In this document: in pieces, positions 26,113 to 34,767 of the stretch
Position numbering within the stretch: position 1 is the stretch's first letter
Layout of the letters: every line of letters begins with the position of its first letter
Assembly: GCA_036796755.1 (NCBI GenBank)
Contig: DAIRCJ010000002.1
Location: 1-54,801, forward strand
Direction of reading: 5' to 3'
DNA from: Candidatus Geothermocultoraceae bacterium
Lineage (GTDB): Bacteria; Actinomycetota; Aquicultoria; SKW223; CALKMS01
DNA: 54,801 bases
Made by a program: the position numbers and the translations under genes
Notes under the pieces: model-generated
Database searches by the model: none
Told to the model about the DNA's origin: nothing
The model's input: the letters and a program-made list of their open reading frames with translations, nothing else

Positions 26113-27065
26113 TGAAAGAATGCACCGTTAAGGTAAGAAATCTAACCAAGATTTTTGGTAGCCTGAGAGCGGTTGATGGACTAAGTTTTGAAGTAAAGAG
26201 AGGAGAAATATTTGGTTTCCTTGGTCCTAATGGCTCGGGAAAGTCTACCACCATCAAAATGCTTTGTGGAATTTTAGAACCCACTTTCGGTGAAGCTGAG
26301 GTTCTTGGTTTTGATATCAAAAAGGAAGCAGAAAAAATAAAGGAAAAAATTGGTTATATGTCTCAGAAATTCAGTCTTTATGATGGTTTAAATGTGGAGG
26401 AAAATTTAGATTTTTTCGGGGGTGTTTATGGATTGAAAGGCAGGGAGCTGAAAGAAAGAAAAAATTACTTACTGGAGATCCTGGGGCTCCGGGCTTACGG
26501 GCAAAAACTTGTTGGCGAGCTTTCAGTTGGTTATCGTCAGCGCCTGGCTCTGGCTTCTTCTTTGCTTCATGACCCTGAACTTATTTTTCTTGATGAACCT
26601 ACTTCGGGAGTTGATCCGGCTGCCCGGCGAAGCCTCTGGCAGATTTTGTATAACCTGGCTTCTCAAGGCAAGACTCTTTTTGTCACCACTCATTATATGG
26701 ACGAGTCCGAACACTGCCATCGCCTGGCTTTTATCTTTCAGGGAAGAATAATTGCTCAAGGTGCACCTCAAAGCATTAAAAACTACAAGGTTAAGGCTCG
26801 GGTTTATGAGTTTATTACTCCAGAAACCGAAAGACTTCTTTCCTATGCCCAGAGTTCTTCTCTTTGCCGGGAGGCCTATCTTTACGGAAACACAGTTCAT
26901 ATGGTTTTAAACCCTCTTTCTTCTCTGGAAGAAGTTGAAAAGGATTTAGAAAAATTAGGAATTAAATTTGAAAGTGCCGAGGAAGTTAAGCCTTCTTTAG
27001 AAGATGTCTTTGTTGCCTTAGCCCGTTTGGAAACAGAAAAAAGTTTAAGAAGTTTTTTTAAATGA
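26109..27065 (+). CDS. ABC transporter ATP-binding protein (ABC-2 type, second copy)
   Basis: Walker A 'GPNGSGKST', 'YMSQKFSLY', signature 'LSVGYRQRL', Walker B 'IFLDEPTSGVDP'. Confidence 0.85.
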   Translation: MMKECTVKVRNLTKIFGSLRAVDGLSFEVKRGEIFGFLGPNGSGKSTTIKMLCGILEPTFGEAEVLGFDIKKEAEKIKEKIGYMSQKFSLYDGLNVEENLDFFGGVYGLKGRELKERKNYLLEILGLRAYGQKLVGELSVGYRQRLALASSLLHDPELIFLDEPTSGVDPAARRSLWQILYNLASQGKTLFVTTHYMDESEHCHRLAFIFQGRIIAQGAPQSIKNYKVKARVYEFITPETERLLSYAQSSSLCREAYLYGNTVHMVLNPLSSLEEVEKDLEKLGIKFESAEEVKPSLEDVFVALARLETEKSLRSFFK

Positions 27066-27766
27066 AAAAACTTCCTGGTTGGTCTATAATTTCCGACATT
27101 GTGCCGAAAATGATGCTTGAAGAGAAAAGGATTAAAGAAGGAAGTCCAAGTAAAAGCCTTAACTTTCAGTTTTTTCTGGGCAGTTTTCTAACTTTATTAT
27201 TTGCTGCCCTGTTTTTATTTTCTGGCTGCGAGAAAGAAAAGAAGGGAGTGCTGGCCCCCAAACCACTTCTGGTTTCTTTTAAGCTCTTGAAGGTTAAGTT
27301 TTCTGGCGAAAAAATTCCTGAAAGAAAGGTTCAGAACCGCTTAACGGGGGAAATTGTCGACCTTACCCAGTCTTATTATAACTCTCTTTACTTTACCCCT
27401 CAGAACTTTAATCAAAAGGCAGTTTCCCAGCTGGCAGCTCGGTTTTTTAATCCTTCAGCTTTAGCTGATTTCCAGAAAAAAGCTGCTTTTAAAGGCTTAA
27501 TTAGATTGAGACCTTACCTTCAAAAAATACTTTCCGGGAAAGGAGAGATAAAGAATCTCGCCGTTTATTTTAACAAACAGACTTCCGAGATTATTGCTGT
27601 AGCCGAAGTTAAGGTTAAAGCCCTTTATCTTCTGACCGATAAAAAGAAAGTTGAGCTTAACCACCAAGGTAAGCTGGTTTTTAAGGGAGAGCAGGAGAAA
27701 CTTAGGGTCGAGGAGTTTGATTTTCAGGAAAGGCTAAAGACTTATGAACCTGAGAAAAAAGATTAA
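27062..27766 (+). CDS. Putative lipoprotein, function unknown
   Basis: The hydrophobic stretch ending 'LFLFSGC' is lipobox-like. The true start may be an internal Met (MMLEEK...). I recognise no family. Confidence 0.45.
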   Translation: MKKLPGWSIISDIVPKMMLEEKRIKEGSPSKSLNFQFFLGSFLTLLFAALFLFSGCEKEKKGVLAPKPLLVSFKLLKVKFSGEKIPERKVQNRLTGEIVDLTQSYYNSLYFTPQNFNQKAVSQLAARFFNPSALADFQKKAAFKGLIRLRPYLQKILSGKGEIKNLAVYFNKQTSEIIAVAEVKVKALYLLTDKKKVELNHQGKLVFKGEQEKLRVEEFDFQERLKTYEPEKKD

Positions 27767-28709
27767 GCGCCTCTCAATTTTAAAAGCCAATATAGTTTTT
27801 TGGGAAAGTTTTTTTCTTTTTCCGCTTCTCATTCTTTTTTTGGTAGTCGGGTTTTTTTCTATATTTGGATGTGAGAAAAAAGCGGAAAAAGTTAAGGTTC
27901 CTTCTTTCAATTTAAGCCAGAAAGCAAAGCATTTAACTTCTTTACCCTCGGTTATCAGGGTGCTTTTACTGGGGAGTGATTCGCGGACCGAAAGCATTGA
28001 AGGGCGAAGCGATTCCATTATTCTGGTTCAGATAGACAGGGAAAAGAAAAGAATTTCTCTGATTTCTTTCCCTCGCGACTCCCGGGTTTATATTCCCGGT
28101 TATGGATATAACAAAATAAACTCGGCTATGGCTACTGGCGGACCCCAGCTTACTAAAAAAACAATTGAAAATTTTACAGGTCTTTCAATTGATTACTACG
28201 CAGTCACCACTTTTATTGGATTTAAAAAAATAATTTCCAATCTTGATGGGGTTACGGTTACTCTGGAGAGGCCAGTTCACGACCGCTGGGCTAAGGCCTA
28301 TCTCTCTGCAGGAAGACAGCGCCTGGGACCTTTTGAAGCTCTGGCTTTAGCTCGAGCCCGCCATCTGGGAAACGGTGATTTTACCCGTGCTTTTCACCAG
28401 CAGGTAATTTTGAAAGGTCTTTTTGCTGAACACCAACCCCGGGCAAGCTGGTCAGAACTTCTTTTTTACCTACCCATCATTTTTAAAAACTGTCAGACCA
28501 GTATCACACCCTGGGAAGCTTTTTTGCTGCTGAGAGCTGCTGCCGAAATTCCACCCTCCTCTTTTGAGCACCTGGTTTTGAAGGGGAGTACCGGTTCGCG
28601 AGGTGGGGTAAGCTATGTTTTTCTTGATGAGAATTTTCAAGAGGAGGTTTTTGCCCGCTTGAAAGAGCGAAAAAGTCTTTCGGATTTAGCCAATCAGCAA
28701 GTTAGATAG
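27744..28709 (+). CDS. LytR-CpsA-Psr (LCP) family protein
   Basis: TM anchor followed by 'RVLLLGSDSR...GRSDSIILVQID...ISLISFPRDSRVYIPGYGYNKINSA' and 'ALALARARH', which are canonical LCP motifs. Confidence 0.8.
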   Translation: MNLRKKIKRLSILKANIVFWESFFLFPLLILFLVVGFFSIFGCEKKAEKVKVPSFNLSQKAKHLTSLPSVIRVLLLGSDSRTESIEGRSDSIILVQIDREKKRISLISFPRDSRVYIPGYGYNKINSAMATGGPQLTKKTIENFTGLSIDYYAVTTFIGFKKIISNLDGVTVTLERPVHDRWAKAYLSAGRQRLGPFEALALARARHLGNGDFTRAFHQQVILKGLFAEHQPRASWSELLFYLPIIFKNCQTSITPWEAFLLLRAAAEIPPSSFEHLVLKGSTGSRGGVSYVFLDENFQEEVFARLKERKSLSDLANQQVR

Positions 28710-28711
28710 TA

Positions 28712-28733
28712 TTTTCGAAATTAATTTCAAAAA
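28712..28733. terminator. AT-only palindrome (TTTTcGAAATTAATTTCaAAAA) between convergent genes; weak candidate bidirectional terminator
   Basis: The perfect 12-bp palindrome GAAATTAATTTC (28717-28728) is flanked by T4 and A4. It lies between the LCP stop (28709) and the LysR stop (28734). Confidence 0.25.
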
Positions 28734-29642
28734 CTATAAAGGGAACTTCAGGTTTAACTTTTCTTTTTCCAGAAAATCAAGGAAAGCTTTCTGGGGGGGA
28801 GTAGGGGTTGATTTAACTCGGAAAACATAGAAAATCTCTCTTCTTATGGGTTTTTTAAGCGGGACGATGTTGATCAATTTAGAAAGCCAGGCTTGTCGAG
28901 CAGCCCAGCGAGACACAACTGAAATTCCCAGACCGGCTTCAACGGCAGATAAAATCGCCTGAGTGCTGCCAAGCTCGATCACTACCTCCAGCTCCTTTAA
29001 GCTTATTCCTTCTTTTTCCAGCTCCTGCTGAAAGGTTTTAAGGGTTCCCGAACCCGATTCTCTAATTAAAAAAGGATATTTGGCTGCTTCTTTCAAAGAT
29101 ATGCTTTTTTTTCTGGCTAAGGGATGGTTAGGTGGAGCAATTAAAACCAGCTCATCAGGGACGAGTCTTTTAAAAGAAAGGCGGGAGTGGGGAAAGGTTG
29201 TACCGACAAATCCCAGACCAATCTCTTGCTCCATAACCTTTCTAACTATTTCCAAAGAGTCACCAATTTCAATTGAAACCTTGACTTTGGGATATTTCTT
29301 TTTAAAAAGGGAGATCAAATTAGGAAGAATATATTCGCCAGGGATGGTGCTGGCGCCAATTTTTAACTCCCCACCGACTTCACCCGAAAGAGAGGCAATT
29401 TCTTCTTTTGCCTCTTGCTCCAGCTGAAGGATTTTTCGGGCGCGATGGTAGAGGATTTCTCCGGCCGAGGTAAGGGTTAGTTGCTGGCTGGCGCGATCAA
29501 TTAAGGGCTGACCATATTTTTTTTCCAGAGCTTTAATCTGAAAACTTATAGCCGGCTGACTTAAACCAAGCTTTTCGGCAGCCTTAGAAAAGCTTTTTTT
29601 CTCCGCAACAATGACAAAGGTTCTTAAGTAATCAAAATTCAT
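28734..29642 (-). CDS. LysR-family transcriptional regulator, divergent from selD
   Basis: N-terminal wHTH 'FVIVAEKKSFSKAAEKLGLSQPAISFQIKALE' plus a LysR substrate-binding domain. Confidence 0.85.
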   Translation of the reverse strand: MNFDYLRTFVIVAEKKSFSKAAEKLGLSQPAISFQIKALEKKYGQPLIDRASQQLTLTSAGEILYHRARKILQLEQEAKEEIASLSGEVGGELKIGASTIPGEYILPNLISLFKKKYPKVKVSIEIGDSLEIVRKVMEQEIGLGFVGTTFPHSRLSFKRLVPDELVLIAPPNHPLARKKSISLKEAAKYPFLIRESGSGTLKTFQQELEKEGISLKELEVVIELGSTQAILSAVEAGLGISVVSRWAARQAWLSKLINIVPLKKPIRREIFYVFRVKSTPTPPQKAFLDFLEKEKLNLKFPL

Positions 29643-29671
29643 TTTTATAACTAACTTAAATTTATTTTATA
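29643..29671 (+). promoter_or_regulatory. Candidate selD promoter (TTATAA-N17-TATAAT) overlapping a LysR-type ATAA-N11-TTAT dyad (29645-29663)
   Basis: Read directly from the 68-bp divergent spacer. The consensus -10 TATAAT lies at 29666-29671, about 40 nt upstream of the selD ATG. The background is AT-rich, so specificity is low. Confidence 0.3.
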
Positions 29672-29710
29672 ATTACTTGTATTTCAAGATTAAATTTTAA
29701 GGAAGGAGAT

Positions 29711-30739
29711 ATGGTAAAGCTAACCCATCTGGTTAAAAAGAGTGGCTGAGCTTCCAAGATAGGTCCGGCGGACCTTTCTAAGGTTCTGGATAGTTTTGAT
29801 TTTGGCCAGTCAAAAGAGGTGCTGGTTGGTCTGGACACCCCTGATGACGCGGCTGTTTACCAACTGGATTCAGGCAAATTGCTGGTGCAAACCGTGGATT
29901 TTTTCACCCCTATTGTTAACGACCCCTATCTCTTTGGCCAGATTGCCGCGGCCAACGCCCTTTCCGATATCTACGCTATGGGAGGAAAGCCGTTAGTGGC
30001 TTTAAACATCGTTGCTTTCCCCTGCAAGCTGGATTTTTCTTTGCTTTCCGAAATTCTAAGAGGGGGAAAAGAAAAGGTAGAAGAAGCCGGGGCTTTTATT
30101 ATTGGTGGGCATTCAGTTGACGATGATGAACCCAAGTACGGGCTGGCGGTAACGGGAGAGGTGGAAAGAGAAAGACTAACCACAATTGATCAGGCGCAAC
30201 CGGGAGATTTTCTGGTTTTAACCAAACCGCTGGGTTTGGGAATTTTGGCGACGGCTTTAAAAGCTGATTTTTTGACCGAAAAGGACATTGAGGAGCCGAT
30301 AAGCAAGGCTACTTATTTAAATAAAGGGGCGGCGGAGGCAGCTGCTCAAGTGGGGGCTAAAGCGGTAACCGATATTACCGGTTTTGGACTTCTGGGTCAT
30401 CTTTACGAAATGCTTAAAGCCAGTGGTGCGGGAGCTGAGATTAACTTGAAAGAAGTGCCCTATTATCAAAAGGCTATTGAGTTTATTGAATCAGGAATAA
30501 TTCCAGCCGGCCTTTATGATAATCGTCGCTTTTTAGAAGGCAAAGTTGAGATAGCTTCAGATTTGAGTGAAGCCCTGGTAGACCTTCTTTTTGACCCTCA
30601 AACTTCGGGCGGTCTTTTAATCTGCATTTCAGAAAGCAAATTGGATGATCTCCTCAAACTTTTAAAAGACAGAGCTCCAGTGGCTTCGGTTGTTGGAAGA
30701 GTGGTTGAGGGAGAGGTAAAAATAAGAGTTAAAGCTTGA
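29711..30739 (+). CDS. selD: Selenide, water dikinase (selenophosphate synthetase), selenocysteine-containing, with in-frame UGA at 29747-29749
   Basis: ATG at 29711 follows AAGGAAGGAG. Translation gives 'MVKLTHLVKKSG-U-ASKIGPADLSKVL', in frame with the ORF-track fragment 29819-30739. The UGA aligns with the catalytic Cys, and the Lys three residues later with the catalytic Lys, of the SelD N-terminal G(C/U)xxK loop. The remainder is an AIR-synthase-like fold. Confidence 0.85.
29753..29784 (+). promoter_or_regulatory. Candidate bacterial SECIS stem-loop for selD
   Basis: The hairpin GGTCC-GGC-GGACC (29762-29774) starts 12 nt after the UGA and can be extended by A61-T75, A59-T77, G58-C78, A57-T79 and CC/GG pairs. 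The apical loop begins with GG. Confidence 0.5.
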
Positions 30740-30806
30740 AGCGCCGGGATTTAAAGACTTTAAAAATCATTATCCCTCCTTTGCTTTTTCTATAAAAATT
30801 TTTTAT

Positions 30807-30835
30807 TTGAAAAATAAAAATTTCTTTGCTACCAT
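30807..30835 (+). promoter_or_regulatory. Candidate promoter TTGAAA-N17-TACCAT upstream of the dehydratase-like gene
   Basis: -35 at 30807-30812 and -10 at 30830-30835. The AAAGGAG ribosome-binding site at 30852 and the ATG at 30867 follow. Confidence 0.3.
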
Positions 30836-30866
30836 TGTTTCAATCTTTTTAAAAGGAGTGGTGAAG

Positions 30867-32141
30867 ATGGCTGACTGGTGTAAAATGTGGGAGGCAATGG
30901 GATTAAACCTTGAAGCTCACGATGAGCTTTTAAATGCTCTCCCCCCAATTTATCAGGAAATCTACCTCAATCAGGAAAATCGCCCGAAAAAAATGGAGTA
31001 CTTTGATCTGGTGGTAGCGGAAATTCACGGTTTGCGGATTAAGGAGCTTCAAGACATTAGAACCAATGGTGGCAAAGTGGTGGGAACTTTCTGCGTTTAT
31101 GTACCCGAAGAGATAGTTTTAGCCGCCGGTGGAACCTGCATTGGTCTTTGTGGAGGAGTTGATGTAGGAGCTGACGAAGCCGAAAAAGTTCTTCCCCGCA
31201 ATATTTGCCCTTTAATTAAGTCCTTTATGGGTTTTAAACTGAGCAAAATTTGCCCTTACTTTGAGTCTTGCGATGTAGTGGTAGGAGAAACAACCTGTGA
31301 CGGGAAAAAGAAAGCTTTTGAGGTCCTCTCTGATTTTACCCAGGTTTATGTGATGGAGACTCCTCAAAGAAAAGAAGAGGTGGATAAGGAACTCTGGTTT
31401 TCTGAAGTAAGAAGGTTTAGGGAAATGATGGAAGAACTTACCGGAAAAAAGATAACTGAAGAGTCTTTAAAAGAAGCCATTAAAAAAGTCAACGGGAAAA
31501 GGAGAGCTTTACAAAGGCTCTCGGAGTTGCGGAAAGCTGACCCTCCACCTATCAGCGGAAAAGACGCTCTTTTAATTGAGCAGATTGCTTTCTATGACGA
31601 TGTAGAAAGATTTACCCAGAAAGTCAATGAGCTTTGCGACGAACTTGAGGAAAGGGTAAAGAAAGGGGAAGGAGTGGTTCTTTCGGGAACTCCTCGAATT
31701 ATTGTTTCGGGAACGCCTATGGCTATTCCTAATTGGAAAGTTCCCCACATTATTGAAACCAGCGGGGCAGTAATCGTGGCTGAAGAGCTTTGTACTGGGA
31801 TGCGCTATTTCCAGGATTTAACTTTAGAAACTGATGGTTCAGTTGAGACCATGCTTAAAAACATTGCCGAAAGGCATATTGGAATTGACTGCGCTGTTTT
31901 TACTCCCAATGGAGAGAGAGCAGAAAAGGTAGCCCGCCTCTTTAAAGATTACCGGGCTAACGGCGTTGTCCACTATGTTCTTTCTTTCTGTGACCCTTAT
32001 TCGGTGGAGGCTTATCAGATTGAAAAAATGGCTAAGAGGGAAAACATCCCCTTGCTCAAAATAGAAACCGATTACAGCCAGGAAGATGTAGGTCAGTTAA
32101 AGACCAGAGTTGAAGCTTTTCTGGAGATGATAAAGGCTTGA
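30867..32141 (+). CDS. 2-hydroxyacyl-CoA dehydratase / BcrC-BadD-HgdB family Fe-S protein (double-cubane-cluster-protein-like)
   Basis: I prefer the ATG at 30867 with its ribosome-binding site over the TTG at 30807. Cys-rich blocks 'GTFCVYVPEEIVLAAGGTCIGLCGG', 'RNICPLIKS', 'CPYFESCDVVVGETTCDGKKK', 'EELCTGMRY' and 'VLSFCDPY' are typical of the HGD-D family. Confidence 0.75.
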   Translation: MADWCKMWEAMGLNLEAHDELLNALPPIYQEIYLNQENRPKKMEYFDLVVAEIHGLRIKELQDIRTNGGKVVGTFCVYVPEEIVLAAGGTCIGLCGGVDVGADEAEKVLPRNICPLIKSFMGFKLSKICPYFESCDVVVGETTCDGKKKAFEVLSDFTQVYVMETPQRKEEVDKELWFSEVRRFREMMEELTGKKITEESLKEAIKKVNGKRRALQRLSELRKADPPPISGKDALLIEQIAFYDDVERFTQKVNELCDELEERVKKGEGVVLSGTPRIIVSGTPMAIPNWKVPHIIETSGAVIVAEELCTGMRYFQDLTLETDGSVETMLKNIAERHIGIDCAVFTPNGERAEKVARLFKDYRANGVVHYVLSFCDPYSVEAYQIEKMAKRENIPLLKIETDYSQEDVGQLKTRVEAFLEMIKA

Positions 32142-32926
32142 AAAGAAGTCTTAATAATCCAGAAGAGAAGACTAGATTTGGTGGGCTGGACATAGGCTCA
32201 AGGACGGTGGCTTTAGTAGAGCTTAAGAATGGCTCTTATGACTACTGGATTGAGGAGACTTCTCATTCTCCTTTAAAAGTTGCGGAAAGGCTGGTTAAAG
32301 GAAAATCATTTGCCTATCTAGTAGCTACCGGCTATGGTCGTCATTTAGTTCGGGCTCGCTTTGCTCAAGAAGTAATTACTGAGATTAAGGCCTATGCTAT
32401 AGGAGCGTGCCATCTTTATCCCGAGGTAAGAACAATCCTGGATATTGGAGGGCAGGACACCAAGGTAATTGTTCTTAATGAGGGGGGGAAGGTTGCTGAT
32501 TTTCAAATGAATGAGAAGTGCTCAGCTGGCACCGGGAAGTTTCTTGAAGTAATGGCCAAAGCCCTTGGCTATTCTCTAGAAGAATTTGGAAAAGAGGCTT
32601 TGAAAGCCAAAAAGAAGGTCAAGGTTTCCTCAATGTGCACGGTTTTTGCTGAGTCAGAGGTGGTTTCCCTCCTTCATGAAGGCGAGGAGAGAGAAAGCAT
32701 TGCTTATGCGGTTCACGCCTCCATTGCTGAAAGAGCAGTCGGGATGCTCAAAAGAGTGGGAGTGGTGGAACCCTTGCTTTTTGCCGGCGGGGTGGCTAAA
32801 AACCCCTGTCTGGTAAAGATTCTTCAAGAAAAACTGAAGAAGGAGGTGATAGTGCCAGAAGAACCGCAAATAGTTGGCGCCTTAGGCGCCGCTATTTATT
32901 CTTTTCGTTCAGGCAAGAAATCTTAA
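32138..32926 (+). CDS. BcrAD/BadFG/HgdC-type ATPase (CoA-substrate-specific enzyme activase, [4Fe-4S]-bridged)
   Basis: ASKHA-fold motifs 'GLDIGSRTVALV', 'ATGYGR' and 'LDIGGQDTKVI'; cluster ligands 'NEKCSAGTGKFLE' and 'SMCTVFAESEV'; C-terminal 'GGVAKNPCLV' and 'PQIVGALGAA'. Its start overlaps the upstream stop. Confidence 0.8.
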   Translation: MKRSLNNPEEKTRFGGLDIGSRTVALVELKNGSYDYWIEETSHSPLKVAERLVKGKSFAYLVATGYGRHLVRARFAQEVITEIKAYAIGACHLYPEVRTILDIGGQDTKVIVLNEGGKVADFQMNEKCSAGTGKFLEVMAKALGYSLEEFGKEALKAKKKVKVSSMCTVFAESEVVSLLHEGEERESIAYAVHASIAERAVGMLKRVGVVEPLLFAGGVAKNPCLVKILQEKLKKEVIVPEEPQIVGALGAAIYSFRSGKKS

Positions 32927-32941
32927 CCTTAGGAGGTAGGG

Positions 32942-34042
32942 ATGAAAAAAGAGTATAGTTTGATGGCTTTGGCTGGAGTAATTATAGGTGCTCTGATTAT
33001 CTCTCTTATGAAATTGGGCAATCCACCAAATATGGGAATCTGTATTGCTTGCTTTGAAAGGGACATTGCGGGGGCACTCGGGCTTCACCAGGCAAAGCTA
33101 GTTCAGTATATTCGGCCGGAAATCATAGGGATAGTTTTTGGGGCTCTGGTTGCTGCCTTAATTTTCCGCGATTTTAAGCCAACTTCTGGCTCTTCTCCCT
33201 TAATCCGCTTTATGCTGGGGATGTTTTCAATGATTGGCGCTTTAGTTTTCCTCGGTTGCCCTTTAAGGATGACCATTAGGTTAGGTGGCGGAGACTTAAA
33301 TGCTCTGGTGGGTCTTCTGGGATTTGTAGCTGGAATTGCTGTTGGAACGCTCTTTTTGAAATCAAACTTTGATTTGGGAGCAGCTAAAAAAACTTCTTCT
33401 CTGGAGTCCTATGTTCTTCCCTTGATTATGCTTCTTTTGCTTCTTTTGCTCTTTTTTAAGCCAGTTTTTAATGAGAAAGCCGGTGGACCTATCTTTTTTT
33501 CTATAGAAGGACCTGGTTCAAAGCATGTTCTTCCTTTAATTGGTCTGGCGGCTGGTTTAATAGTGGGCGTTTTGGCTCAGCGGACTCGTCTTTGTTTTGC
33601 CGGGGGCATTCGGGACCTAATCCTTTTTAAAGAGCTTTATCTTATCTCTGGCTTTGTGGTTATCTTTTTAACTGTTCTCTTGGGGAATTTACTCCTTGGC
33701 ACCTTTAAACTTAGCTTTAGTGGTCAACCTATTGCTCACACCGAACATCTCTGGAATTTTTTGGGGATGGGTTTGGTAGGTTTAAACGCGGTTTTACTTG
33801 GAGGTTGCCCTCTGCGCCAACTGGTTTTAGCTGCTCAAGGAAGTGGCGACTCGGCCTTGACCGTTTTGGGCTATATTTTTGGGGCGGGCGTAGCTCACAA
33901 TTTAATGCTGGTTGGCTTTCCGCCTCCCATTCCTCCAGCTACTGGCCCAACCGGGGTTTTAATCTATGGGAAAGTTGCGGTAATTGTGGGTATAATTTTT
34001 TCTCTTCTTGTTGGTTATTTTAATCTTTCCAGGCAAAAGTAG
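32942..34042 (+). CDS. yedE: YedE-family putative selenium/sulfur-compound transporter
   Basis: Polytopic membrane protein with 'GNPPNMGICIACFERDIAGALGLH' and a second 'RTRLCFAGGIRD' half-repeat, characteristic of the selenium-associated YedE family. Confidence 0.8.
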   Translation: MKKEYSLMALAGVIIGALIISLMKLGNPPNMGICIACFERDIAGALGLHQAKLVQYIRPEIIGIVFGALVAALIFRDFKPTSGSSPLIRFMLGMFSMIGALVFLGCPLRMTIRLGGGDLNALVGLLGFVAGIAVGTLFLKSNFDLGAAKKTSSLESYVLPLIMLLLLLLLFFKPVFNEKAGGPIFFSIEGPGSKHVLPLIGLAAGLIVGVLAQRTRLCFAGGIRDLILFKELYLISGFVVIFLTVLLGNLLLGTFKLSFSGQPIAHTEHLWNFLGMGLVGLNAVLLGGCPLRQLVLAAQGSGDSALTVLGYIFGAGVAHNLMLVGFPPPIPPATGPTGVLIYGKVAVIVGIIFSLLVGYFNLSRQK

Positions 34043-34076
34043 CTTTAGGACTATCTTTTGAGGTGGTGATTGAAAA

Positions 34077-34691
34077 ATGAGAGAAGTTGATGCTCGGGGT
34101 TATCCCTGCCCTCAGCCGGTTTTAATGACTAAAAAAGTGGTTGATGAGGGGGAAGAAGAGGTTTTAGTCTGGGTGGATAATCGGGGTTCGGCCGAAAATG
34201 TAGCTCGCTTTGGGGAAAAATCCGGTTATGAAGTTAAAATTGAGGAAGAAGGCGGAGATTTTAAGGTCTGGCTAAAAAGAGGTGGGGGAGTTAAAACCGA
34301 AGCTCCAGCTCAAGTAGCGGAAATAACTTGCGAAACTGGGAGCTGGAAGCTTTTAAAAGAAAAAACCCTCTTCATTTCCACTGATTCTTTAGGGAGAGGA
34401 AGTGAAGAGCTGGGAAGGATACTTATCAAGGCTCTCTTAAATACTCTGGCTGAAAATCAAGTCCTTCCAGAAAAAATAGTTCTTATCAACTCCGGGGTGA
34501 AACTGGCCTGTGAAGATTCGGATGTTCTTGATGCTCTAAAGAAAATAAGTCAGAAGGGGGTTGAGCTTTTGGTTTGTGGCACTTGCCTTAACTTTTTTGA
34601 GCTTACCGATAAGATTAAAGTTGGAAGGGTTTCCAATGCTTATGAGATTTTAAATATTTTAATGGAAGACCAGATAGTCCCTTGGGGCTAA
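34077..34691 (+). CDS. yedF: YedF-type selenium metabolism protein (TusA/SirA-like N-domain + DsrE-like C-domain)
   Basis: N-terminal 'DARGYPCPQPVLMTKK' (TusA CPxP motif), and a C-terminal domain with 'VLINSGVKL' and 'LLVCGTCLNFF'. Confidence 0.8.
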   Translation: MREVDARGYPCPQPVLMTKKVVDEGEEEVLVWVDNRGSAENVARFGEKSGYEVKIEEEGGDFKVWLKRGGGVKTEAPAQVAEITCETGSWKLLKEKTLFISTDSLGRGSEELGRILIKALLNTLAENQVLPEKIVLINSGVKLACEDSDVLDALKKISQKGVELLVCGTCLNFFELTDKIKVGRVSNAYEILNILMEDQIVPWG

Positions 34692-34767
34692 TTTTTACCG
34701 AGAAGTTTTAAAATTTAGTTTGTTTCAATAGTTGCTAAGTTTTTAAAGGCCAGTTATTATTGCTTTT

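Noticed and set aside
29796-29996. ORF-track entries 29796-29996 and the GTG start at 29819 as the beginning of selD.
   Set aside because: 29796-29996 is an off-frame ORF with a low-complexity translation. Starting at 29819 would delete the catalytic N-terminal loop, which is encoded in frame upstream once the TGA at 29747 is read as Sec.
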